DNA of 62,352 nucleotides, filler included, from Hausera hauseri (GCA_046269625.1; 9 parts of 9 records of this genome joined end to end with filler, not necessarily neighbours in it); one strand, 5' to 3'; numbered from the whole stretch's first letter, positions 1 through 12,559 are shown. Program-made: numbers and translations. The notes: generated by a model not told the origin, from the sequence alone.

Positions 1-1557
1 AGTGATACGGATTATGCGGAAGCACAGCTGGTTTGGTCTAAATACAGTTGCAGTTGTCTTTTGGATTATATGTTGCTATATATAAAGCTCGACGTATACT
101 GGTTAGGCGATATTTTTGAGTGGTTTAAAAAAGAAGTTAGGTTGCAGGATGGATTAGAGGCTAATAATTTCCTTTCAATTCCAGGTTTAAGTTGGGCGAC
201 AGCATTAAAATCAAGTCCTTGTAAGATTGAGCTTATCCAGGATCCTGAGATGTATCACTTCTTTCAATCGGGTATTCGCGGTGGCATGACTTTTGTAAAT
301 AAGCATAGGGTTGTCTCTGATCAAAGCACCAGTCTCCTGTATATAGATATAAATAATTTATACGGCTGGGCTTTATCACAACCACTGCCATTTGCGAATT
401 TTGTATGGATATATGATGAGAATAAGTTAATCTGTCTAACTGAACAATTGCCCTATATTAACTGTGTCACAGAAAAACGGGGTTTAGTATTTAAAGTTGA
501 CTTAAGCATTCCTGCTGACAAACATGATGAGTTGGACCAACTGCCTTTAGCCCCAATTAATAAATGTCCTCCTGGTTGAAAAGTTAAGAAATTGCTGCTG
601 ACGCATAAGCGTAATTCCAACTATGTTGTTCACTATCGTCTCTTACAGTTGTACATCGAGTTAGACGCTGTAGTTGAAAAGGTACATCGGGCTGAGTTTA
701 ATCAGAGTGATGTTTTTAAGGATTATATCAATCTAAATACTGCAAAAGGGCTGCAGCAAATAATCCTTTTGAAAAGGACTTTTTAAGCTTAGAAACAATA
801 GCTTTTACGGTAAAACAGTCGAAAATTTGATTAATAGGTCAAATCTGAAACTGTGTAATAATGCTAAAAAACTAGTTACATATGCTAGTAAAGCCCAGTT
901 TAAAGAGAGTATTATAATAGCCGATGATCTGGTTGCCGTTCTCCTCGATAAAGATATGGTTACGTTACATAGACCCTCATACATCGGTCAGGCCGTACTT
1001 CATCTATCTACGTTACGGATGTATGAGCTGAATTATACCGACTTGGAGACATATAGGCATCAGTTTAATTGCAAGTTAAATATTGTTGCCTGTGACACAG
1101 ACAGTTTTTTTATCAAATGCCATGGTGTGGACTTAAAATCACAACTCTTACCGGCAATGATAGCAAACGAGCAGTTAGATACATCGAACTATAATAAGAC
1201 TGATCCACTGTACTCGACTCGTTTCACAGCTGTAATTGGCAAATTTAAAGACGACAGCAAGGGCCGCGTCCAGTATCAGGAAGCGATTTTTCTACGACCG
1301 AAATCCTATGCACTCAAAACCCAAACCAAACCAGTGTTCAAGTGCAAAGGAATCAACCTCAAGCAGACAGAGCTACAGTTTGACAGCTACCGACAGGCTT
1401 ATGAATCCGGTTGCAGCACCATGGTGGACCAGGAACGAATTGGCAGTAAAAACCATCAACTAATGACAATCAGGTCGAAAGAAAAGCATTGGACCCGTTT
1501 GACGACAAACGCCAATGGATTGAGAAAAACCGGAGTGTAGCATACAAACATTATTGA
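1..1557 (+). pseudogene. Protein-primed family B DNA polymerase (Polinton/Maverick/adintovirus-like), C-terminal part, frameshifted
   Basis: Motifs SIPGLSW..ALK, GIRGG, YIDINNLYGWALSQPLP, NNSFYGK (789-815, other frame), ACDTDSF, IGKFKD, LRPKSY, CKG and a terminal DDKR; several frameshifts and stops; AATAAA at about 1588. Confidence 0.9.
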
Positions 1558-1617
1558 ATGTGATAATTTCCTATGTGCATATTTTGAATAAAAGTTTTAA
1601 ATCTCTTAGCTTTGTTC

Positions 1618-1694
1618 TAGGGGTGGGAATAGTGAAACCACGACCAAATCACTTTTTTGTAGGGGTGGCAATAGTGAAACCACGACCAGATCAC
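1618..1694. repeat. Tandem duplication, period about 42 bp, just after the polB gene
   Basis: taggggtgg(g/c)aatagtgaaaccacgacca(a/g)atcac at 1618 and 1660. Confidence 0.8.
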
Positions 1695-1849
1695 ATAACG
1701 ATTTGTTCTACCGAATACTGCTCTCCAACTGGTCAGTTTTCCTAACCCCCAGATGACGTGTTCTGTTCTCATTGACTTCCTTCCTTCCCTGTGGGAGGTA
1801 ATAGTCTCATCTCATGCACTCCTTTCTACCTACTTCGAGCCGCTTAAAT

Positions 1850-3830
1850 CTGACTTCAAGAGAAACATAGGACTATTTATATTAGTCTTAATAAGGCTTT
1901 TAGTCACAATGGTTGATGGATCTTTTAATATTGATTTTATAGTCGAGATAGGTTGCATGATCGGTTGGTTATTTGTAGAGGTCGGTTTTGTTGAACTGCT
2001 TTTGATGATCTGACGTTGTCTACAATCTACAAGGAGGTTGTAGAAAGATAAGAAATCAGATCCAAGTATTGGAGATTGTGTGTCGGCAACGATGAATGTC
2101 CATTTGAAAATGTCAGAGAATGATGGTAAAGTAAATGAAACTTTAGACGTGTCGGAAATGCGTAAAGCTTGGCCGTTAGCTTTGAATAATTTAGTGTTAA
2201 ATGGCGAGATTGATGGTGTTTTGATGGATAGTGGTAACAAAGAAACAGCAGCCCCTGAGTCAATGAGGAAGTTGATTGGTTGATTGGGTTTAGATGTCAA
2301 GAAGGCTTTTAATGTGAAAACAGCGTATGTATGGCTATTAGATTGAAGACGTGTTCCTCTGCCAGTATGTGCGGAAACATCTGGCGACTTTGTTAGTTTT
2401 TTTGGATAGTCGGATTTGGGGAGTCGGGAGAATTACGATGGAATTGGTTAAGTCGACTGGGAAACGTGCAACCGTTGATGTACTTTCGGGCTTTATTGGT
2501 AAACCTATTATGGTAAATACAAACGATGTCGGATTTTTGAAAAGCTGGTGTAAAGAATTTACACCCCAAGCAAAATTTGTTGGATTGGTCCTTGAATTTA
2601 GTGTGATAATAGCACACCATAGGTCGAGTAGGAGACCTAGCGGATCTCGAATTTTGCGATGAAGCACGGCTAGGACTGGGTGTTAATCGATATCGTCGCG
2701 GCATGGATAAATTGTCCAATTTAAAAAATAAAACAGAAATGGCTTGGTGTACTGCCATATTTTTACCCATAAAGAATTTATCTGTGAGTTCAGATTAGCT
2801 ATGTCGCTAGCTTGTTGAGTTGTTGGTGCTTGTAGTGTAGCGGCTACTAATGAAGTTGTATGTGCATGTAGTATCTCGTAGCTTTTGTCAGCCAGTTGTG
2901 CTAGTTTTTGTAGTGGTGATGTGTCCTCTACTATGGTCAGCAGCGCACGTATATCTCTGGGTAAAGACTAAAGAAAATACATGAGTAGTAAATCGACTTT
3001 ATTTGCTTGATTAACGCCAAGAGTACTCAATTGAGTTAGTAAGGTTTGGAGAAATTCTGAGGGTTTCAATGTGCCTATGGTGTTGTCGTTAAAATATTTA
3101 TGGATGATGGTATCCAGAGATAATTCCGTGATTTTCAAAATTGAGCTAAAAGTGTTTTATATGGGTCACAGCTTTGGAAAATTTCCGACAAGTTGGGAAG
3201 CTGCGAATTAATGTTGGAAGGCAGAAGTATCAGCAAGCTGTTTGCTTTAAGAAACGAGTCAACAATATTATTTGACTTCATCCAAGCCGCATGAAAGTCC
3301 AATCACTTCCTGCTGGAGTGTTGCTTGTCGACGAAGTATTCTACGCAAGGTAGATTTACAGTAGACGACGGAGGTAGAGGTATTTAACGGTCCACTTATA
3401 GTAGGAATGTTGACAAAATCTTGTTGGTCCTTAGATGTTTTTGGATCAGATCCACCTAGCAAACGGCAGTGTACGGTGAGTATAGGTGTTGACGATGAGT
3501 GGGTGTAACGTGTTATGATGTCGGATTGTCGGAAAAGAAATCCATTAAAACTAAAGCGAAAACTAGCAAGAGCTGTTTGTCGTTGTAGCACGCCACACAA
3601 ATTAGCAATAGTTGCAGTTTGATGTATGTAGTATGTATGTGTATGTCTGTTTTCAAGCAAAAGTAAGGAAAATAAAGTTTTCAGCTGTTAGGTGTATAAT
3701 GCGGTGCGTAGGACACGGGTGCATCCAAAATACCCGAGTTGTAATGGCTGATCTTTCTGAGAGGGGCGATCATTAATTTGTATTGCAATGGTTCATTACT
3801 GGCATTGCGGCAAAGCTGGAGAAATTTCGG
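1850..3830 (-). mobile_element. Truncated Ty3/Gypsy retrotransposon (CsRn1/Boudicca-like): leader, gag with double CHCC knuckle, aspartic protease; boundaries approximate
   Basis: Protease FLIDSGAAVS...ILGSDFL (1830-2300); gag CYYH-x9-C-x3-C followed by a degenerate CIYH copy (2393-2770); homologous to copies at 35-40 kb and 59.6-62.3 kb. Confidence 0.85.
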
Positions 3831-3849
3831 ACCATTGTTAAAATATGAG

Positions 3850-5250
3850 GTAACAAATTCGTCGGGTAAAATTTTATGTTAACAATTTAATAGATTCACT
3901 AATATATGCATAACAGAAGTATGACAAATTGACTGACCTTTTTTGACGCTATTCTTTAAATTTCCGATGATTTCTTTTTGTTTCAATGATTGCTGTTGTC
4001 GATAACTGATAAAGTAAAATTTGACATAATAACGCATGGTAAATGATGTGCAATTCTGGGGAATCGCTGGTACCTTTGTAGACAATTTGAACAGGTTTTG
4101 TTAGGTGTAGATTCTCGAGATATGGATGTATCAATGAGAATATATCACAAAATAATTGAATGTTCAAAATGTTCAATGTCACTAATTGTTCATAAATAAG
4201 GAATCTCGTGTAAAAGTGACTGTTGCAAACTGTGTCCACCATACTGTTCTCGCATGGTACGAAACTCTGGAACAACAGTTGGAATAAAGTATTTAGCTGA
4301 CTCATTGTTAGGCAGTTTTCACTAGCGAATTGAAATAATTTGCTGGCGACCTGTTATTTGACATCGGTGTCGGACATGAGTAACAGCGAACACGTCAAAC
4401 TGATTTCTTCGTCAGATAAACTCTTAACATCTTCCGCAGATGAGTCTTAGATACTGTTGCCGAGTATCGAGTCTTGATCCATGGACATGGATAAATCTCC
4501 GTTATGGGTATTGTCTAATTTAAGGATAGCCTTAATAAAGTCCGTGCAGAACACAATTGGATTGATGCTGGTTATGGCCATGATTTTAAATACTGCATTG
4601 AATACATTACCGAATCTATCGCTAGGTAACTCATTCGACTGTTCGATAATCATTTTCAGAATCAATGGAGGATGACTAATCATGCATGTGTCATCATATT
4701 CTTCTAAAAATTGTTCTTGTACGACACTTCCAATACCCGCAATCGCTGTAAATACATGTCCAATTCATCTTGCCATGCGATTAACTTCGCTGGAGAATTG
4801 CAATGCTCATCGGCTGTAACCTTCGCAATCCATTGCTTTATTACCTGGATTGTGTAAATCTTCTGTTGGGCTATTACAATATTTTGAGGAATGCTTTCAT
4901 AATATCAATGAACGTATTTATTACGACGATCTGATCAAGAATAGTCATGACAGACTGTGCAGTACTCTTAAACCACGTTAAACAATAATTGTACATATAC
5001 CCGTAGAAAATCAATTGTTTGGACTTATTTGGGAAGTCACAGTCATAGATATAATAGGAAATTAGACTTCTGACTGTTTTTCCTCTAATTATATCCTTAG
5101 TAAGTACGTTCTTTTGAACGTATTTTAGCTTATTCAGCAAGTTGTATATATTGAACCATGTTAAGACATTCGACGGAGTCATTTCTTGGATTAAAATGGG
5201 GATTGAATCGTCGATTAATAGAGATTGAAACGGCAAACGCTTTGAAACCA
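3850..5250 (-). pseudogene. Degraded fragments of unidentified helical (possibly HEAT-like) host protein gene(s)
   Basis: Consecutive co-oriented minus-strand ORF pieces (3949-4305, 4447-4683, 4874-5251) with protein-like composition, broken by stops; family not recognised. Confidence 0.35.
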
Positions 5251-6471
5251 AACAGCGCTTATCAAATGTATTTTCTCCCGAGTTGAAAAATTGCCCGATT
5301 TGCGAACTTGTTCTAAATCTTTACTGCTCAACTGTTTACCGCACTCTAAACACATAAAATATTTAATTACTTCCCAAAATACAAGATTAAATAGATCTTT
5401 TACTCGAGCCGGTTCCGGTGCACTCATTCGTTTAGCTTGTGGACCAGCATTTACCAAAGGCTCATCCTGACCATCATTTCTCAAATCCAAATGGGAAACA
5501 TGTGACGACGACTTAAATCCTGGATATGAATCATGTTCAATGACCTGAGTTTTATGATCTAATTTTCGATGGAGTTCAAAATCCGTTATATTGATAAATT
5601 GCAATATACAGCCGGTACAATGTTTGAACACGAGTTCTTTGTGAGTCTTCAAATGCTGGAAAAACAATCCGGTCTGACCGGCATTCGACATGGAACCCGG
5701 TGCATCAAGAACGTTCATTGGCAGAGCATCATTAATCGTATAGAGCCGTAAACAATACGGACAAATCAGTTCGTTCGTGTCACTATGGACTTTTTTGAAA
5801 TGTCCGATAACATCCTGGTAAAGTGACGTGTGGAAATTGCATATTGCACAACGGTACGGCATTTCATGTTCTCGATGAGAATTTTGCAAATGATACGCCA
5901 GTGCAAAATTACTGTCGCACTGTTTCTCACAAATCCGACAAGAAATCGTACAGATTATATTGCCGTTGTTTGTGTCGATATACACACGCTGTTCTCCATC
6001 GGGACCCATAACGGACATGTGTTCGGCTTCCATGTGATTGCGCAATTCGAATGCGTTATCTAACATTTTGCCGCACGTTTGACATTGGATAATGTCACAG
6101 ATTTTGAACATTTTCATGGATCTGTCGTCGATGTGCTGCAAAATGTGTTCAATTGTCGACACATTCGAGTAGCAAATCGTTTGACATGCGGCGCAACTAA
6201 ATCGATATTCGCCTTTGTTTTGTTGGGTCATGTAACGACCTTCAATTCGACCGTAATAGAAGTCATATAACGGTGTTAATTGGGTTGTCAGTATAAAACA
6301 ATTTGAATCATCCTCTTTTCCATCTTTAGCACATTTTTGAACCATTATTCCTTGTTCAGTGGATATGATTTCAAAACCCCACTTCTGACACCAATTCATA
6401 TTGACGAGATAAATCCAACACGAATTTTGCATTAAATCGTGATTAAACGAGAGTAAATGACTGTTACACAA
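5215..6471 (-). CDS. POGZ/ZNF280-family C2H2 zinc-finger protein fragment (intronless, ends probably chimeric)
   Basis: DFYYG...FSCAAC...HILQH, CRICE...HLQNSH..HEMPYRCAICNF.TS.YQDVIGHFKKVH..TNELICPYCL, matching the POGZ/ZNF280 finger cluster. Confidence 0.75.
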   Translation of the reverse strand: MCNSHLLSFNHDLMQNSCWIYLVNMNWCQKWGFEIISTEQGIMVQKCAKDGKEDDSNCFILTTQLTPLYDFYYGRIEGRYMTQQNKGEYRFSCAACQTICYSNVSTIEHILQHIDDRSMKMFKICDIIQCQTCGKMLDNAFELRNHMEAEHMSVMGPDGEQRVYIDTNNGNIICTISCRICEKQCDSNFALAYHLQNSHREHEMPYRCAICNFHTSLYQDVIGHFKKVHSDTNELICPYCLRLYTINDALPMNVLDAPGSMSNAGQTGLFFQHLKTHKELVFKHCTGCILQFINITDFELHRKLDHKTQVIEHDSYPGFKSSSHVSHLDLRNDGQDEPLVNAGPQAKRMSAPEPARVKDLFNLVFWEVIKYFMCLECGKQLSSKDLEQVRKSGNFSTREKIHLISAVWFQSVCRFNLY

Positions 6472-7810
6472 ATATGATTTAATCCACGTAACAAAGAAAA
6501 AACAGAAAACTTTAATTCCCTTTTATAAACAAACCGATCAATTAATTATTGGTAACTACAAACCACAGAAATCTACAACATTAATACACACAATATCTCC
6601 AAAAATGTCCTCATAGAAAGTCGATTAACTTCATATTTGCCGAATTAGTTCACCAGTACCACTATACTCATCGGACATAATTGTGTACTCAAACCGAACA
6701 TTATTATTCCTTCGTGTAACTGTGTCGATGATATCGGTGAAATCGCGTTTTGTCAGCCAAAACATCGTCATTGTTACCTGAACAAAATTTGCAGGTTTCG
6801 CTGACTGACTTCTGATACCGTTTCTTAGCATCAACATATGTCTGTGAACTGGTAGTATTTATCAAACGTGGAATAAAACTGATTTCGATTTTCTTTAACA
6901 AAAATGAGATTTCACATTCAGCATTCCGTTTGTTGGATGTCCGTAGTTATTCCGGGTTGTTGGACTGTGGTGGCATCCGAGTCCCTGGCACCACACCCAC
7001 CATTACCGCTACTTGCAAATTATTGTTATCGAAGGCGGCAAAATTAACCAAATAATAAGTAAATAAAATCCACTGTTGTATAAAATAAACCAATATTACA
7101 AAATAAAGTCAACTATGTCAACCAGACCAATTACGCAATTACCTATCACATTATCAAAGTTAATTAAAATAGGTTTGTGTAACACATTTCGAGTTTAAAT
7201 TATTCAGAATCATACAACGGTGAATTACAGATTACTGAACTTTATAAAATAGCCAAGTTTAAATTCCTTTAAAACTTCATTTTGAAACTGGAGTTTATTG
7301 ATCAAACTCTTAAAATGTCCTACAGCATCAATTCACTTAAATATTTTACCTTAAAGGTACAAAAAATATCCGTACAGTGAAACCTGCCTAAGTTTTACAT
7401 GGATTGTTCCATAAATTTTCTAAAGGTTAGGTAGGTGTAAAACTTATAAAGTTTCATGGGTAATTATGTATGAACAGGACTCCATGACATTTTACAATTC
7501 TATTGTAGGTGTGCGGTACAAAAATAGCAAAATATGCCCATATATGTAGCCATTAGGCCATTTTTCAACATTAACAAATTAACACCGTGTCCTCAGTTGC
7601 CCATTTTATTATGCCATAATTGACAATTTTTCTGCTACATACATAGGTTGGTTATTGAGAGACATCTTTAAATTTCCCCACCTGCTGTCCGCTTTGTGCT
7701 CTCCGCATTCGTTTAAATTTAAATTTACTTTAAAAATCCATATTTGATTAGACAACTGATATTCACATACAATTTGTTTGTTGGATTTATTGATTAGGTT
7801 TATTAGCTGT

Positions 7811-7910
7811 NNNNNNNNNNNNNNNNNNNNNNNNNNNNNNNNNNNNNNNNNNNNTTAATTAATTAANNNNNNNNNNNNNNNNNNNNNNNNNNNNNNNNNN
7901 NNNNNNNNNN
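7811..7910. other. Artificial contig linker (N44-TTAATTAATTAA-N44)
   Basis: Identical 100-bp spacer with stops in all six frames, repeated 8 times in the window. Confidence 0.99.
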
Positions 7911-8396
7911 GGTATCATTTCCGCTCCAAATAAATTGACAGGAACAAATCTCGCAAATGGAATTACAGACAATAAATTTCAAAACACCTCATCGAAGGGT
8001 ATATGCAGGCCAAAGGAAATTGAGGCTTTTAGACAATTCCTTGCCTTTCGACGACAACGAACAAATGAGCTAAATCGAGCTATGGCTTCTGTAGTAGATG
8101 ATACGCGATAAAAGGCTCAACGGGAATCTTTACTCGGCGTAAACCATTATCAACAAGTAACAACCCAAATATTTTACAAAATTTGGGGAAGATTTCTGAT
8201 ATTCGGACAATCTGCATCCGGATTCTTAGCGATATATTTCCTGATACAGATGATTAAAGCAGTCATCCAAGCAGTAATTAATGAATACAAAATATTTACA
8301 TTAACTGGATTTTCTAGCAAGATACTGACTGCGATTATAACGCCTTTTGGAAAATTCTTAAGGCATACGAAGAGAATAGATGGAAATCAGACGTAG
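7911..8396 (+). pseudogene. Chuvirus-like (class III, gB-type) envelope glycoprotein, C-terminal membrane-proximal and TM region
   Basis: Manual translation from 7911: ...KGICRPKEIEAFRQFLAF...KIWGRFLIFGQSASGFLAIYFLIQMIKAVIQAVINEYKIFTLTGFSSKILTAII; fits the GIY...W..F..FG..SAG...K....I.GY.L....G.S..L.A pattern of chuviral G; one internal stop. Confidence 0.7.
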
Positions 8397-9029
8397 AACG
8401 TCACGTCGGATATCATAACCGTAAACGAAGAAGAATACCTATATTTTTGCGTAAGCGGAAATCTATAAAGCATATTACACGAAGAAATAATTCGGATGAT
8501 AACGAGCCTAAGGGAGGAGAAGTACCTACAGTAATAAATAGATATAAGGCGTATTCTGTTATTAAAGCACTACTGCCTATGTTACTTCCTACCGCTCCAA
8601 GTTATGAAGATTGTAACAAACGATCAATAAGTTCGTATCAAACGGAAATCTATAAAAGAACAATTAATGTAGAAGATTCTTATGAAGGAACGAAACGTTA
8701 CGGGATCCGACGGAAAATGTGTTATCGACAATCCACAGATGGTCCAAAGATGTTGTATTCTCCCAGAGAACCTTGGAACATAGAAACTAGATCAACGGTT
8801 TGGGATAATCCAAGGTTAAAAACTTTCCAGAATAATGAATTACACACTAATAATTGAGAACCATTAATTAGTACACACGAAGCGGAAGAGTTGCACATAG
8901 AAAATAACGAATTATATCCAAACGAAGAACTAAGACAGCTATCGGCGAATATAGTATCCTTCCTCGTAATCCGAATCAATGGACTCAAAATATCGGCGAT
9001 AAAACGCTTGAAGGATACATCAAACTGTT

Positions 9030-12000
9030 TTGGAACAGTAATAGAAGGACGACCCTTTACCAAAATCATTATTGAGGATCGGGAAGTTTATGCTTAATTG
9101 ACACAGGATCGGAAATGTCTTACATTAAAAATGATTCAATACCTCAAACGCTGCGAGGACACTTATGCCCACCATCCGCGAAAGACCGACGAAGTACGGG
9201 AGCTTTTGTTCAAATGTCAAAACCAATGTTTAAGTGGAACCCAGAAGTTCAGAAATTGGACAATTTTTCCATAATGAGTTTGCAGTTATGGAGCAATTAA
9301 CCGACGACGCACTTCTAGGAAGGGATCTACTAAAAAGACTGTTAAACATAGCAATTGACTTACAAACACGGAGGCTAATAGAAATCAGGTTAAACGTAGA
9401 CGTGAAAAGCGCTAAGGATAGAAAATTTGGAGAAGTGCTAATACCAGTTGACGAAAACATTCCACCAAGAACAGAAATGATAATTTATGCCCAAATACAG
9501 CAAGATGACGATCAACCAGTATATTTTGAACCGAGAGATACGTTAGATCCGAATATATTACTCAGCGATGTATTAACGAGAGTACACTCCTGCTGAGTAC
9601 CAATCAGAATAGCTAATAACGCGCAAACTCCTGTCAAGCTCCATGCTTATACTACTTTAGTACACACGTATAAAGTATCGTCAATAACTATCGAAGAAAA
9701 ACCTTACAAGTATGCTGAATTTTTATCTCATGTCGAAACTAAATTTTCCACTGAGTCCTACTATCGATTTTACGAATTATTATGCCGATATAAATCGATT
9801 ATCGCCAAGAACGAAGAAGATATTGATAGAGTGAAAGCATTAAAACTGACTATTCCGCTCAATAAAAAGCCCTGTTCGAATGAAGAAATAGACTTGGAAG
9901 ACCAAAAGATGCCAAAATGGTATCCGCCGCCGCATTCATTAAGGTCAGAGATAACGAAAGAAATCGAACGAATGCTTAAGGCCGATGTAATTAGGCCCAG
10001 CTATAGATCCTGGTACTCACCAATCCTTATGGTTGAAAACAAAGGTACTACAAAACATCGATTTTGTATTGACTACAGAGCCTTATATAATCTTATTATG
10101 AAAGATTCCTTTCCACTACCGTCAGTGAAAGAGGCTTTAGACCGATTATCAGGAGCAAAATGGTTTACCACTCTGGACTTACAATCCGGATACTGGAAAG
10201 TGGAGATAGAGGACGAAGACCGCTATAAGACAGCATTTAAAACACGCGATGGTGTTTATGAGTTTAATGTCATGCCATTGGGTATTACTACCGGGCCAAC
10301 CATATTTACGAGAATGATGAACAAAATGTTAATTGGACTGGATCATGCTTTTGCTTATTTAGATGACGTGATGATAGCGTCATAAACCGGTGAGAAACAC
10401 TTAAAGGATATTGGACATACACTGATGAGGCTAGAACAAACCGGCTTGAAATTAAATCCAAAGAAATGCAAAAGGGCTTAAAATGCAGTATCCTACCTTG
10501 GCCATATAGTTGGAGAAGGAGGATCGATACCGGAAAAATTATTATTAAATAAAATATCAGATTGTATGGAACTACAAAACCAAAAAGAATTAAGGCGCTG
10601 GCTAGGATTATGCGGTTATTATGCAACCTATATGCCAGATAATTCAAGGATAAACGCATTTTTATATCGTCTACTTAAAAAAGGAATTAAATGGAAATGG
10701 ACAGACGTCAAACAGAAAGCTTTTGATGAGATGAAGCAGATATTAACAAGTGAACCTCTTTTATGATATCCAGATTTTAACTTACCTTTCATAATTAAGA
10801 CAGACGCCAGTAAAGAAGGCATAGGTTCTGAACTAGCATAGAAAAGAGAGGATGAAGAATTAGAGCATCCGATTGCTTATGGAGGACGTTCCTTGAAAAA
10901 GACCGAGAAGAACTATTCTGTTACCGAATTAGAAACTCTAGCCGTAAAAGAGGCACTTCGACACTTCAATGTTTATGCATATGGACAGAAAATTATAATT
11001 GTAACTGACCACAAGGCCGTTACGACCCTAAACGGCAGGGCAAATAACTCAACATGTAGACTTAACAGGTGGATTGAAGAAATCACCAGATATGATATTG
11101 AATTCCAGTATAAGCCAGGGAATAAACATGTAGACGATGATGCATTATCGAGATTAAAGACCAAAACCAGTGCAATTACTGTAATGAAGAGAAGCCAACT
11201 GGAAGAGATAATAGATCATCAACGCGCTTTGACAATGGATAAAGCAATTAAAATTTCGACAGAACAGAGAAGGGATAAAGTCATCCAATAGATTATAGAA
11301 TTTGTTAAAAAGGATGTCATACCAAAAGGACGACAGTTAAAGAAACATTTACACAGACACGGACATAAATATTGCATCTTAAATGACAAGAGCAGTGAAG
11401 ATATTTTATATTACGAATGGAAAGGAAAGAAACTGATAGTTATTCCAAAAGGTTTACGAACCGAAGTACTGATGTACGAACATGATTCATATTTGGCCGG
11501 ACACATGTCTTGGAAGAAAACGCTGGAAAGAATAATGAATAAATACTCTTGGCCTAGTATCTATATTGATTTGAAAAATTGGGTGAATGCTTGTGAAGTA
11601 TGTGCAACTAAACAAAAGAAGACGAAAAATTACATGGCCAAACTAAAACCAATTGATGTACCCGACAGGCCCATGCAAGCCATTTTGATGGACATCGTAG
11701 GACCTCTTCCTACGACTCACAAGAACAATAAATATATTTTGACGTGTATTGATCGACTAACTCATTTTGTCGAGTTGATAGCATTAATTGATCAAAAGGC
11801 AGAAACCCTGGCAGAAACCGTAGTAAGGAGAATTATTTGCCGATACGGACTTCTGACCAGATACTCACGACCGAGGAAGGAATTTCACAGGCGAACTATT
11901 CGAGAAGATCACTAAGATATTCGAAATTGAGCGGTTGACAACTACCGCATGTCGCCCTCAGTACAATAAAATGGTCGAACGGATGAATGCGACCGTTATA

Positions 12001-12530
12001 CGCATATTATCAACAGTAGTAGCAAAGGATCAAAAATATTAAAACTAATTTTCAGAAGGAACTCAGTTTGCTATTAATACCACTCCACACCCGGCAACAG
12101 GATACATACCATTTTTATAATGTATGGACGTGAAGCCGTGTTACCTACGGACTAAGGAATGACGCCATACACGGTCAATCCCAAAGATTTAGAACGAAAT
12201 TTTGCAGAAGTACTACAGATGCGACTGCAAAAGTGTTAGGAAATAGCCAAGGAATTATCCCAAGACTATCAAAAACAGTTTAAAAAACAGTATGACAAGA
12301 AAGCAAAACCGCATGATTTAGAACAATGCAATAGGGTTTATGTACATTACCCAGTAGCCAGAAAAGGCACCTCATTAATATTAACGCGTACAGGCAGAGC
12401 ACCGTACGAAGTTACCACAGTTACGCCAACCACAGTATATATCAGTAAAAATGGAAATGAAGAAGTCATACCGGTACAAAGAGTTGTTAGGACAGAGATA
12501 CGGTCCAATAAACGTTACAGCCTACGACAA
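9030..12530 (+). pseudogene. Ty3/Gypsy pol (aspartic protease, RT, RNase H, integrase), with multiple stops and frameshifts
   Basis: (L)IDTGSEMS and LLGRD; RFCIDYRAL, LDLQSGYW, MPLG, YLDD; KTDAS, NYSVTELE, TDHK; H-x6-H...C-x2-C, MDIVGPLP, IDRLT; C-terminal GRAPY and RYSLRQR. Confidence 0.95.
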
Positions 12531-12559
12531 CGCGAGGTAAAAACGTCCTCAATAGTTGC

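Noticed and set aside
7373-7460. Tc1/pogo-like terminus TA|CAGTGAAACCT
   Set aside because: Only one end is visible, with no partner TIR or transposase
7811-7910. TTAATTAATTAA palindromes inside N-runs as a biological repeat or CRISPR-like array
   Set aside because: Identical 100-bp artificial linkers with six-frame stops; ORFs running into them (21477, 26492, 26698, 31189) are truncated artefacts
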